Assembly (NCBI RefSeq): GCF_963921235.1
Contig: NW_026948250.1
Coordinates: 62,001 to 126,000, forward strand
Reading direction: 5' to 3'
From: Mobula hypostoma
Lineage: Eukaryota
DNA length: 64,000 nucleotides
In this document: in pieces, positions 48,124 to 61,115 of the stretch
Layout of the letters: every line of letters begins with the position of its first letter
Numbering within the stretch: position 1 is the stretch's first letter
Position numbers and translations under genes: made by a program
Notes under the pieces: generated by a model
Databases searched by the model: none
What the model saw: only the letters and a program-made list of their open reading frames with translations
Told to the model about the DNA's origin: nothing

Positions 48124-51020
48124 GGAGGGGGGAGTGAGAAGTGGAGGGGGGAGAGAGAAGTGGAGGGGGACAGAGAAGTGGAGGGGAAAGAGAAGTGGAG
48201 GGGAAAGAGAAGTGGAGGGGAAAGAGAAGTGGAGGGGGCGAGAGGAGGGGGAGAGAGAAGTGGAGGGGGAGAGTGAGAAGTGGAGGGGGGAGTGAGAAGT
48301 GGAGGGGGAGTGAGAAGTGGAGGGAGTAGTGAGAAGTGGAGGGGACAGAGAAGTGGAGGGGGACAGAGAAGTGGAGGGGGAGAGAGAAGTGGAGGGGGAG
48401 AGAGAAGTGGAGGGAGGAGTGGGAAGTGGAGGGGGTAGTGAGAAGTGGAGGGGGAGAGAGAAGTGGAGGGAGGAGTGGGAAGTGGAGGGGGAGAGAGAAG
48501 TGGAGGGGGACAGAGAAGTGGAGGGGAAAGAGAAGTGGAGGGGGAGAGAGAAGTGGAGGGGGAGAGTGAGAAGTGGAGGGGGGAGTGAGAAGTGGATGGG
48601 GGAGATAGAAGTGGAGGGGGGAGAGAGAAGTGGAGGGGGGAGTGAGAAGTGGAGGGGGAGTGAGAAGTGGAGGGGGAGTGAGAAGTGGAGGGGGAGTGAG
48701 AAGTGGAGGGGGAGTGAGAAGTGGAGGGGAAAGAGAAGTGGAGGGGAAAGAGAAGTGGAGGGGAAAGAGAAGTGGAGGGGAAAGATAAGTGGAGGGGAAG
48801 AGAAGTGGAGGGGAAAGAGAAGTGGAGGGGAAAGAGAAGTGGAGGGGAAAGAGAAGTGGAGGGGTGAGAGGAGGGGGAGAGAGAAGTGGAGGGGGAGAGT
48901 GAGAAGTGGAGGGAGGAGTGGGAAGTGGAGGGGGTAGTGAGAAGTGGAGGGGAGAGAGAAGTGGAGGGGGAGAGAGAAGTGGAGGGGGAGAGAGAAGTGG
49001 AGGGGAGAGAGAAGTGAAGTGAGAAGTGGAGGGGGGAGTGAGAAGTGGAGGGGGGAGATAGAAGTGGAGGGGGGAGAGAGAAGTGGAGGGGGGAGTGAGA
49101 AGTGGAGGGGGAGTGAGAAGTGGAGGGGGACAGAGAAGTGGAGGGGGACAGAGAAGTGGAGGGGAAAGAGAAGTGGAGGGGAAAGAGAAGTGGAGGGGAA
49201 AGAGAAGTGGAGGGGAAAGAGAAGTGGAGGGGAAGAGAAGTGGAGGGGAAGAGAAGTGGAGGGGAAAGAGAAGTGGAGGGGAAGAGAAGTGGAGGGGAAA
49301 GAGAAGTGGAGGGGGTGAGAGGAGGGGGAGAGAGAAGTGGAGGGGGAGAGTGAGAAGTGGAGGGAGGAGTGGGAAGTGGAGGGGGTAGTGAGAAGTGGAG
49401 GGGAGAGAGAAGTGGAGGGGGAGAGAGAAGTGGAGGGGGAGAGAGAAGTGAAGTGAGAAGTGGAGGGGGGAGTGACAAGTGGAGGAGGAGTGAGAAGTGG
49501 AGCAGGAGTGAGAAGTGGAGGAGGAGTGAGAAGTGGAGGGGGGAGTGAGAACTGGAGGGGAGTGAGAAGTGGAGGGGAGTGAGAAGTGGAGGGGAGTGAG
49601 AAGTGGAGGGGGGAGTGAGAAGTGGAGGGGAAAGAGAAGCGGAGGGGAAAGAGAAGTGGAGGGGGCGAGAGGAGGGGGAAAGAGAAGCGGAGGGGGAGAG
49701 TGAGAAGTGGAGGGGGGTGTGAGAAGTGGAGGGGATGTGAGAAGTGGAGGGGGGAGTGAGAAGTGCAGTGGGGGAGTGAGAAGTGGAGGGGGGAGTGAGA
49801 AGTGGAGAGGGGGAGTGAGAAGTGGAGAGGGGGAGTGAGAAGTGGAGAGGGGGAGTGAGAAGTGGAGGGGGGAGTGAGAAGTGGAGGGGGAGTGAGAAGT
49901 GGAGGGGGGGAGTGAGAAGTGCCCTGGTGTAGTGAGAAGTGGAGGGAGGAGTGGGAAGTGGCGGGGGGAGTGAGAAGTGGAGGGGAGAGAGAAGTGGAGG
50001 GGGAGAGAAGTGGAGGGGGAGAGAAGTGGAGGGGGAGAGAAGTGGAGGGGGGAGTGAGAAGTGGAGGGGGAGTGAGAAGTGGAGGGGGGAGTGAGAAGTG
50101 GAGTGGGGAGTGAGAAGTGGAGGGGGGAGTGAGAAGTGGAGGGGGAGTGAGAAGAGGAGGGGAAAGAGAAGTGGAGGAGGCGAGAGGAGGGGGAAAGAGA
50201 AGTGGAGGGGAGAGTGAGAAGTGGAGGGGGGAGTGAGAAGTGCAGTGGGGGAGTGAGAAGTGGAGGGGGGGAGTGAGAAGTGGAGAGGGGGAGTGAGAAG
50301 TGGAGAGGGGAGTGAGAAGTGGAGGGGGGAGTGAGAAGTGGAGGGGGGAGTGAGAAGTGGAGAGGGGGAGTGAGAAGTGGAGAGGGGGAGTGAGAAGTGG
50401 AGGGGGGAGAGAAGTGGAGGGGGAGAGAAGTGGAGGGGGAGAGAAGTGGAGTGGGGGAGTGAGAAGTGGAGCGGAGTGAGAAGTGGAGGGGGGAGTGAGA
50501 ATTGGAGGGGGAGTGAGAAGTGCAGTGGGGGAATGAGAAGTGGAGAGGGGGAGTGAGAAGTGGAGGGGGAGTGAGAAGTGGAGGGGGGGTGAGAAGTGGA
50601 GAGGGGGAGTGAGAAGTGGAGAGGGGGAGTGAGAAGTGGAGAGGGGGAGTGAGAAGTGGAGGGGGGAGTGAGAAGTAGAGGGGGAGAGAAGTGGAGGGGG
50701 AGTGAGAAGTGGAGAGGGGGAGTGAGAAGTGCAGTGGGGGAGTGAGAAGTGGAGAGGGGGAGTGAGAAGTGCAGTGGGGGAGTGAGAAGTGCCCTGGTGT
50801 AGTGAGTAGTGGAGGGGGGAGTGAGAAGTGCCCTGGTGTAGTGAGAAGTGGAGGGGAGAGAGAAGTGGAGGGGGAGAGAAGTGGAGGGGGAGAGAAGTGG
50901 AGGGGGAGAGAAGTGGAGGGGGAGTGAGAAGTGGAGAGGGGGAGTGAGAAGTGGAGAGGGGGAGTGAGGGTGGAGGGAGAAGAGGGAGGGTGAAGAGGGG
51001 GGAGTGAGAAGGGGGTGAGT
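48124..51020. repeat. G-rich minisatellite, copy 2
   Basis: Copy of 1-2935. Confidence 0.95.
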
Positions 51021-52183
51021 GGATGAGGGAGAGTTATTGGGGAAATGAGAGGGTTCTGTAGGGAGAGGGCAACGATTCTTTCCTTTTCCCCCTCCTCTCC
51101 TCTCCTACCACACCCTGCCCCCACTTCTTTCTTCTCCCCCTCCCGTCCAGTGACGACGAAAGGGAGAGAAACCCATTCATTGCAGTTTTTCTGACGCAAG
51201 ACCACATGCTCAGGGTGTGTTCACAGCCAGCTCTTCAAAGTCAAACAGACCATTGCCTGCTCAGGAACTCAAGGCAGTCTCCCACACGCAAACACACACC
51301 CCCCGAGCTCACCGATCACATTGGCTCAGGCAGAACTACGCCTCAAACAGGCAGAACCTGCACATCTAGTCCTCTGTCAACCCATGCACTCGCTGTGAAC
51401 CCGAGCAGCACCAACAAAACCTCCTCCCGAGTCTGTGACCCCTCACTCCCCGAGTCTGTGACCCCCCACACTCCCCGAGTCATTAACCCCCCACATTCCC
51501 TGAATCGTTAATCCCCCACACTCCCCGAGTCTGTCATCACCCACACTCCACCGTCTCCATCACCCCCTCCCTCCCCTACACCCCAGCCAGCGTTCCCTGT
51601 TGGCCTCCGCTACCTTCGCAATCTCCAGTGGCTGCAGTCCGGATCAGTTGGGTTTCGGGAAAGTGTTTTAGCATGAAACTGGGCGGCAGTTTTCCCAGAA
51701 ACAGCGCGGCCTCTCGGGGTGGGGGCGGGGAGGGGAGGCGGGGGAGGTGTGGAAATTGCCTCCTCGTGTTTTACCGGCTGGGGGTCTGTGACTGGGAACT
51801 GGGAACACCTAGTTTCCCTGGAGCGAAGGTCTTCCGAGCAGCCCGGTGGCCGAGGCGGACGGCGAGTGGTTGAGGCAGGGATATCAGCCCCTCGGAGGTC
51901 CCTCAAGTCGCTTACATTAGGGCAGGGTGCGGGTGGGGCCCCAGGGCTGCGGTTCCATTTACCAGAAACCCGAAGGCAAGGGCTGATAAGGGTCACCGAG
52001 AAGTCAAACAGGGCCCTTCCGGCCGGAAGCGTTTCAGCTTCCTAGCCTGCCACAACCCACCCCCCCACTCCCATCCAGGTACCTGTCCGAACCTCCCTTC
52101 AACGTTGAAATCGTTCCGCACTCTGGGTGACAAAGTTTCCCCTCCCCCCACCCGCCTTAAACCTTTCACCTTTCACCCCGGAC

Positions 52184-55100
52184 CCGCGACCTCTGCTTGT
52201 GATTGTCCCACCCAACCTCAGTTTAAAAAGCCTGCTTGCGCTCACCCTACCTGTACCCCTCGTAATTGCCTCTCACAGATCTCCTCTTAGTCTTCTACGT
52301 CCCAAGGAATAAAATCCCAACTTATTCAACCTTTCCTTACTACACTATTCCTCCAGACAAGGCGACAAGCTTGGAAATTTTCTCCATGCTCTTTCGACCT
52401 TTTCTATGTCTTTCCCGTTCATAAGTGACCGAAGGGGCACACAATCCTCCAAATTAGGCCTCACCAGTGTCTTGTCCAACTTCAACATCCCCTTTCCTGT
52501 ACTCAGTACGTTGATTTGTGAAGGCCAAGGTGCCCGAAGGTTTCTTTACGACCCTGTCTGCCTGTGACACCACTTTCCATGAGTTATGGACCTGTGTTCC
52601 CAGATCCCTCTGTTCTACCACACTCCTCAGTGCCCCACCGTTCACTGTGTCTGACCTACCCTGGTTGGTCCTACCAAAGTGCAGCTCCTCGCACTTGTCT
52701 GCGTTGAATTCCCATCTGCCGCTTTCTCAATCCATGTTTTCCCGCTGGTCCAGGTCCCACTGCAAAGGTTTGATCGCCTTCCTCGCTGTCCACGACTCCC
52801 CCAATCTTGGTGTCACCCGCAAATTTGCCGACCCAGTTCACCGCGTTATCACCCAGACCGTTGATCTAGACGACAGACAACAACGGACCCAGATCCGATC
52901 CCCGCGGCACTCCACTGGTCACCAGTTTCGAGAGGCAGCTATCTACTACCACTCTTTGGCTTCTCCCAAAGCCAGTGTCTTATCCAATTTACTATCTCAT
53001 CTTGAATGCTGAGTGACCGAACCTTCTTGACCAAACTCCCATATCAGACTTTGTCAAGCACCTTGCTAAAGTGCATGTGAACAACATCCACTGCCTTGCC
53101 TTCATCCACTTTCCTGATAACTCCACGGAAGACTCTATGAGATTGGTTAGAGACACGACCTACCACACATAAAGCCACGGAGACTATTCTTAATCGGTCC
53201 CTGTCTATCCAGATACTCATATATCCGGTCCCTTTGGAATACCTTCCAATAACCTCCCCACAACTGACATCAGACTCACCGGCCTGTCATTTCCTGGTTT
53301 GTGTTTTGAGCCTTTCTCAAACAGCAGAACAACATTGGCTGTCCTCCAATCCTCTGGTCCCTCACCTGTCGCTGAGGAATGATTTAAATCTCTCTGTCTG
53401 GGCCCTGGCGATTTCTGCACTTGCCTCCCGTAGGGTCCGAGGGAGCACCTTGTCAGGCCCTGGGGATTTATCCACCCTCAGGGTAGCAAACACCTCCTCG
53501 TCTGCCATCTGTACAGGGCCCATGAAGTTGAGGCCACTTTGCCTCTCTTCCACAGTCTCTGTGTCCGTCTCCCGAGTAAATACAGATGCAAAATATCTAT
53601 TTAAGATTTCCCCCCATCTCTTTTGTCTCCCCATATGGATTACCAGTCTGATCTTCCAGAGGACCAATTCTGTCCATTGCAATCTTTTTGCTCTTAAGAT
53701 ATCTGTAGAACCCCCCTGGGATTCTCCTTCACCTCGTCTGCCTTCTTTTAGCCCTCTTGATTTCCTTCTTAAGTGTTCTCTTCCGTGTCTTACTCTCTAT
53801 ATTCCTACCTACTTCCCTTTTTGTCTCTTAACCAGGGCCTCCCACACCTCTTGAAAACCGGGGTTCTCTGCGCTTGTTATCTGTCCCTTTTGTTCTGAGC
53901 GGCACGTACAAGCTCTGTACTCTCAAATTATCACGCTTGGAGGCCTCCCGCTTTCCAGACTACACCTTTGCCAGAAAACAGCCTGCCCCACTCGCCAGAT
54001 CTTTTCTGAAAGCCCTTTCTCCAATTCAGAATCACAACCTGCGGACCAGCCCTGTCACTTTGCAAATGTACTTTTGAACCTATTGGCACTGTGGTCACTG
54101 GATGCAAAGCATTTTCCCCCGCTACACGAACCTCTGTCGCCTGCCCTGTCTCGTTCCCAAACAGCAGATCAAGTGTCGCAAACTCTCTCTCACTGGGACT
54201 CCCACGTACTGATGAAAGAAGCTTCCCTCAGCACCTCCGACAAATTCCAACCCACCCGGTTCTTTTACCGTCTCCGCCAGTATGTGGAAAGTTAAAATCA
54301 CCTGCTATAACAACTTTATGCTCCCTGCATTGGTCTGAGATCTCTCTGCAAACCTGTTCCTCTGAGCCCCTCGGACTATTGGCTGGCCTGTGAGACAGCA
54401 ACATTAATAGAAACATAGAAAATAGGTGCAGGAGTAGGCCATTCGGCCCTTCGAGCCTGCACCGCCATTCAGTATGATCATGGCTGATCATCCAACTCAG
54501 AACCCTGTACCAGCCTTCCCTCCATACCCCCTGATCCCTTTAGCCACAGGGCTCATATCTAACTCCCTCTTAAATATAGCCAATGAACTGGCCTCAACTG
54601 TTTCCTGTGGCAGAGAATTCCACAGATTCACCCCTCTGTGTGAAGAAGTTTTTCCTAATCTCGGTCCTAAAAGGCTTCCCCTCTATCGTCAAACTGTGAC
54701 TCCTCGTTCTGGACTTCCCCAACATCGGGAACAACTTTCCTGCATCTAGCCTGTCCAATCACTTTAGGATTTTATACTTTCAATAAGATCCCCCCTCAAT
54801 CTTCTAAATTCCAGAGAGTATAAGCCTAGTCGATCCAGTCTTTCATCATATGAAAGTCCTGCCATCCCAGGAATCAATCTGGTGAACCTTCTTTGTACTC
54901 CCTCTATGGCAAGGATGTCTTTCCTCAGATTAGGGGACCAAAACTGCACACAATACTCCAGGTGTGGTCTCACCAAGGCCTTGTACAACTGCAGTAGTAC
55001 CTCCCTGCTCCTGTACTCGAATCCTCCTGCTATAAATGCCAGCATACCATTCGCCTTTTTCACCGTCTGCTGTTACCTGCATGCTACTTAATGTTCAGTT

Positions 55101-58100
55101 CCACCCATTACGCCTCACTGGATGAGTTCTTCACCCTGCCCTGCCTGAGCACGGCCGTTTCATTTTCCCTGACTGGTAACCCCACCCCTTCTCCTTTAAC
55201 CTCTCCGGCTCTGTCGCGTCTAAAGCAACGGGACCCCCGGGACGTCGGGCAGCCCCTCCTGCAACCCAGTCTCACGAGAGGCTGCGGCGTCATAATTCCA
55301 GGTGCTCCCCACGCCCTGAGCTCGTCCGCCTTTCCTCCGATACTTCTCGCATTGACACACAGGCAGCCACGGACCCCCATCGCACCGTGCTCGACCTTTT
55401 GATTCTTGACCTTGCCTGAGGTCTCGCCAACACCCGCCTCCACAACCTCTCCTCTCACTGTTCTGTCGTGCTGGCTCGCATCCTAGTTTAAACCACCCTT
55501 GCCCCCACTCCCATGCACCGCTTAAGAGAGACGAAAAGGTAGAAGTGTGGTAACTATTCAGGAATTCCCATTACTTTCCGGGGAATATCCAGAAGTACTG
55601 ATTCAGGGTCTGGGGCATATCTTCGTACTAATTCAGGGTCCGGGGTGAATACCCGACAGTATTGATTCAGGGTCCGGGGTGAATACCCGACAGTATTGAT
55701 TCAGGATCCGGGGTGAATACCCGACAGTATTGATTCAGGGTCCGGGGCAGATATCCTACAGTATTGATTCAGGGTCCGGGGCAGATATCCTACAGTATTG
55801 ATTCAGAGTCCAGCGAATATCCTACAGTATTGATTCAGGGTCCGGGGCAGATATCCTACAGTATTGATTCAGGGTCCGGGGCAGATATCCTACAGTATTG
55901 ATTCAGGGTCCGGGGCAGATATCCTACAGTATTGATTCAGGGTCCGGGGCAGATATCCTACAGTATTGATTCAGAGTCCAGCGAATATCCTACAATATTG
56001 ATTCAGGGTCCGGGGCAGATATCCTACAGTATTGATTCAGGGTCCGGGGCAGATATCCTACAGTATTGATTCAGGGTCCGGGGCAGATATCCTACAGTAT
56101 TGATTCAGAGTCCAGCGAATATCCTACAATATTGATTCAGGGTCCGGGGCAGATATCCTACAGTATTGATTCAGGGTCCAGGGCGAATATCCTATAATAT
56201 TGATTCAGGGTCTGGGGTGAATATCCTGCCGCATTGATTCCAGGTCTGGGGAACATCTGTTTGGGCAGGAGGGGCCCGTCAGTCCGAATAGGGGAAGGGA
56301 AGCTCCGATTTTAAACCTCCGCCTGTGGGGAAGGCTTTGGGAGTAGACCCCGAGGAAGAAATCCGGAGCTGGGGGGGGGGGGCGTCCCTGAGACAGTTTG
56401 ACGTCGCTCACAGCTTCACTCTGGCAACCTCCGCGACGACGCTGGTGCCAAGCCATAGGCATCGACGGCTGCCCACTGCTACTGAGCGCCAGAGTACTGC
56501 AAGCGGTTTTGGGGGGGTGGGGGGGGACAGACAACGTTGGTCTGCTGTGTGAGAGAAATGCTAAAACTGAGCCGGGAAATTACAGGCCAACGAGTCTGAT
56601 ATCAACAGCTGGCAAAGTATTGGAGGTTGTTTGAAGGAATGGGAAACATAAGACCATAAGACACAGGAGCAGAATTCGGCCACCCGGCCCATCGAGTCTG
56701 CTCCACCATTCAATCATGGCTGGTCCTTTTTTTCCCCTCCTCCTCAACCCCAGTTCCCGGCCTTCTCCCCGTAACCTTTGATGTCGAGAACCTATCGATC
56801 TCTGCCTTAAATGCACCCAACGACCCGGCCTCCACAGGTGCACGTGGCAACAAATTCCACAAATTCACCACCCTTTGGCTAAAGAAATTTCTCCACATCT
56901 CTGTTTTGAAAGGTCGCCCCTCTACTCTAAGGCTGTGCCCTCTTGTCCTAGACTCCCCCACCATGGGAAACACCCCCCACCCCCATCCTTCTGAATTCCA
57001 GCGAGTACAGACCCAGAGCCATCAAACTTTCCTTTCATTCCTGGAATCATCCTTGTGAACCTCCTCGAGACCCTCTCCAATGACAGCACATCTTTTCTAA
57101 GATGAGGGGCCCAAAATGGTTCACAATATTCAAGGTGAGGCCTCACCAGTGTCTTATAAAGCCTCAGCATCATATCCCTGCTCTTATGTTGAAGACCTCG
57201 TAAAATGAATGCTAACATGGCATTTGCCTTCCTCACCACGAACTCAACCTGCAAGTTAACCTTCAGGATGATCTGCACGAGGACTCCCAAGTCCCTTTGC
57301 ACCTCAGATTTTTTGATTTTCTCTCCATTTCACTACCAAAGTGCATCACCGTGCATTTTCCAACACTGCATTTCATTTGCCATTTTCTTGCCCATTCTCC
57401 TAATCTGTCCTAGTCCTTCTGCATCCCACCTGTTTCCTCAACACTACCTGCCCCTCCGCCAATCTTCGTAATAAGCACAGTGGATCCTGGTTAATTGGGC
57501 AGTTAACTACTCAGTAAATGGGTTAATCAGTTAATTAATTGGGCAGCTAAGTTCCGGTTAATTAATCAGACTTTGCGGGAGGCACAAGGGTTAATTGGGG
57601 CCGATGCCGATTTGGGAAAGAACCAAAAAAAAAAACTGATCAAGGGAATAGCCAGGATTCCTTCTGTCCATTTGGGACACTATGCCCCTTAATCGGGACA
57701 GGAGGCAGTTGCCGAACAGTTTCTGACCGGGTGTCAAGTCACGTGCTCTCGTGAGGCCGTTTGACACTGTGCTTAGAGGGAGCGGTCTATAAATAGCGTC
57801 ATTTCCATGTGCTCGTATTCCTAAAGAGCAGTGATTTTTTTTTTTTTTTTGGTCAGTGATAGTTGCCAAGAAATAAGAGCCAGGGCAAACCATCTGGGGC
57901 CTGTCCTGCACAGTGCTGCTTCATGGGCTCGGAGACGTGAAAATGAAACCACTTCGCCACCTCAACAAGTCGGTGGCGGGGCGGGGGGGGAGGGCAATGA
58001 AGAATTTGAAGGCATCGGCAACCACCTTGAATGTTACAATGAAAACGAAGATTTGGAGGACGCAATTGCAGGAAGGCGGCGCGTCTGTGTCTGAGCTGAT

Positions 58101-59614
58101 TTTGTTCACTCGTGGCCAATCAAAAGAGTGCGGCAGTGTATGCTGGGTGAAAACGTTTGCTGGTAACTATCCCGGAGCTAATACACAGCTTTATAGTGCT
58201 GTAGTAGCATTGGCAGTGTTCCAGTTTGTTCTGTATTCCGCACTAAGTGCATAATTTGTTACCCCGTTAAACGGTAGTTTTTTTTCTCTCTCTTTTTTTT
58301 GTCTAACTTCTTAAACTAGTTCCACGAAATCTTTGGCTAGGTTGGGGGCGGCCGCTCAGTTGGGCCAAACTGTACTGGTCCCGACGAGTCCCAGATACCC
58401 GAAATCCGTATGGTACTTGGCTAAGCAGGGACGGAGGAGGGGGTGGACAACAGAGCTTTACGCTGCGGACGCCTGACCAATCTTGCGGCGATCTTTGAGG
58501 GAGTTACCGGGAAGGTCCACGACCGGCAAGGCGGCGTGGGTGCCGTCTACACAGACTTTAGGAGGCCCTTCGATGAGTTCCTGCATGGGCAGCTGGCAAA
58601 GAAGGTTCTGTCGCCCGGCATGCGGGATGAGGTAGTAAATTGGATTGGTAGTAGATAGTTGCCTCTCTGACTGGAGGCCTGTGACCAGCGGAGAGCCGCA
58701 GGGATCGGAGCCGGGTCCGTTGTGGTTTGTCATCTAGATCAACAGTCTGGGTGATAATGCGGTGAACTGGGTCGGCAAATTTGCAGGTGTCACCAAGATT
58801 GGGAGAGTAGTGGTCAGCAGGGAAGGCTATCAAGGCTTGAAGAGGGATCTGGACCAGCGGGAAAAGAGGGATTGAGAAAGCGGCGGACGGGAATTCAATG
58901 CAGACAAGTGCGAGGAGCTGCACTTTGGTAGGACCAACCCAAACTAGCCGAAGTTTTCATGGAACTAGTTAAAAAGTTGGACAGAAAACCGCACAGGGAA
59001 GAGAACTAAAGGAATCTGGGAATACCGGTTCATAATCCCTTGAAAGTGGTGGCAAGGTAGACGGGAATATAAAGAAAGCTTTTGGCGCGTTCATCAGTCT
59101 GTGCAATGAGTACAGGAGATGGGCTGTTACGTTGAAGTTGGGTGAGATCTTGCTGAGGCCGAATTCGGAGTACTGTGTGCAGTTTTTGGCAACCTGTCCT
59201 GCAGGGAAGGTATCAATAAGATCGAAAGAGGCGCGGCCGAAAGTTTACAAGGATGTCGCCGGGCCCCCGAGGAGTTGTAGGGAAAGGTCGAACAGGTTTG
59301 GACTCAATTCCCTGGAGCGTCGGAGAGAGGGGAGGGGGGAGATTTCATAGTCATAGTCATACTTTACTGATCCCAGGGGGAAATTGGTTAAACGGTTTGA
59401 CGGAGGGGCGCAAAATTCCGAGGGCCTTTCCCGCTGAGGTTTGGGTGGGACTCAATCCAGAGGTCAGGGGTTAAGGGTGAAAGGTGGAATGCTGAAGGGG
59501 AACACGAGGGAGGCGTTCTTATTCACTCGGAGGGTGCGGGGTGATCTGCCAAGTGGGGGATGCAGGGTCAATTTCACGTTTCAGAGAGGTTCAGTTCGAT
59601 GGCAGAGGTGTGGA
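52184..59614. mobile_element. Nested CR1/DNA-element cluster, copy 2 (includes the 34-bp minisatellite at 55585-56250)
   Basis: Duplicate of 4100-11530. Confidence 0.9.
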
Positions 59615-59704
59615 GAGCCGCGGGGAGGGTCCGACGGAGCTCGGCACAGTAACAGTTCAGCAGCGACCGTTTTGCCCGCAGAGTCCGGCAGGTGTTTGCT
59701 TTAC

Positions 59705-59858
59705 CTGTGCAGAGGTGTGAGTAGAAGCCCTCCTTCGTCAGCATGAGGAGGAGGGAGGCCCATCCCAGCAGCACGGCGGAGAAGAGGAGGTTTTCGATCA
59801 CCGCCGTAATCGCCATCCACCAGCGCCTTCGGTAGGCCTGAGAGAGAGAGGGGGCCAT
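59705..59858 (-). CDS. SLC43A1: SLC43A1 first coding exon, copy 2
   Basis: Same translation and splice sites as 11621-11774. Confidence 0.85.
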
Positions 59859-61115
59859 ACCTGGGGGACGGAGAGAGGGAGAGAGAGGGGGGGGAAGGTT
59901 AGTGGGAGCAAGAGAGAGCGAGCGATCACGGGGGCGAGTGAGAGGGGATGTGAGAGAGGGCTAGAGAGAGTGACAGAACGAGAGAGTGAGAGAGAGAGAG
60001 GGGAGGTGAGTGGGAGTGAGGGAAGCAAGAGAGAGTGAGAGGGGCTGTGAGAGAGGAGGAGGAGAGAGGAGGGGGGGCAAGTGAGAATGGGAAAAAAGGA
60101 AAGGTGAGTGGGAGTGAGAGAGCGGGGGGGTTGTGAGAGGAGGGTGTGTGTATGTAAGAGAGAGAGAGAACTAGAGAGCAAAAGAGAGTGGAAGAATGAG
60201 GGGGTGAGTGCGTGGGGGAGAGGGAGGGAGGAGGGGAGGGGGAGAGGGGGAAGGGAGAGGAAAAGGAGGGGAGAGGGGGTACAGGGGAGGGGGAAGAAGG
60301 GGAGAGGGAAGAGGGGAAGAAGAGGGGAGGGGAAGGGAAGAAGAGGGGGAGGGGAAGTGGGGGAGGGGAAGAGGGGGGAAGAAGAGGTGGAGGGGGAAGA
60401 GGGGGAGGGGGAAGAGGGGGAGGGGGAAGAGGGNNNNNNNNNNNNNNNNNNNNNNNNNNNNNNNNNNNNNNNNNNNNNNNNNNNNNNNNNNNNNNNNNNN
60501 NNNNNNNNNNNNNNNNNNNNNNNNNNNNNNNNNNNNNNNNNNNNNNNNNNNNNNNNNNNNNNNNNGAAGGAAAGGGGGAGGGGGAAGAAGGGGAGAGGGA
60601 AGAGGAGGGGGAGGGGGAAGAGGAGGCGGTGGGGGGTGAAAGGGGAGGGAAGAGAGGGGGAAGAAGGGGGAAAGAGGGGGAAGGGGGGAAGAGAGGGGGA
60701 GGGGCAGAGGGGGGAGGGCAAGAGAGAGGGAGGAAGAGGGCGCTGTATGTGGGTAGAACACATTAGCAGAAGTGGTGGAGGCAGGTAGCAGGAGGAACAC
60801 CTTGACAGGTACACAGATAAGAAACAAGAGAGAATCTGCAGAAGCCAGAGATCTGAACAACAGACCCGAAATTCGGCAGGTCGGGCAGTGTCTATGGAAA
60901 AGAGTCAACAGTCAATGTTTCAGCCCGAAACCCATCGGCAGGCCGGCTGCACTTTTTTTTTCCAACAGATGCTGCCTGGCCTGCCAAGTTCCTCCAGCAT
61001 TTTGTGTGTGTGTGCGTGACACAGATAAGAAAGGATTTTTTTTAAAAAGAGGGGTCGGGAAAAATGTAGGCACCTGGGACCGGGCTTAAATGGGAATCTT
61101 GGCCTGCACGGAGCA

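Noticed and set aside
31070-48137. 5375-aa and 1831-aa Pro/Ser/His/Thr-rich ORFs resembling mucin or extensin
   Set aside because: They are translations of a stop-poor C-rich minisatellite. The peptide cycles through all three frames of the unit, and there is no signal peptide or unique domain.
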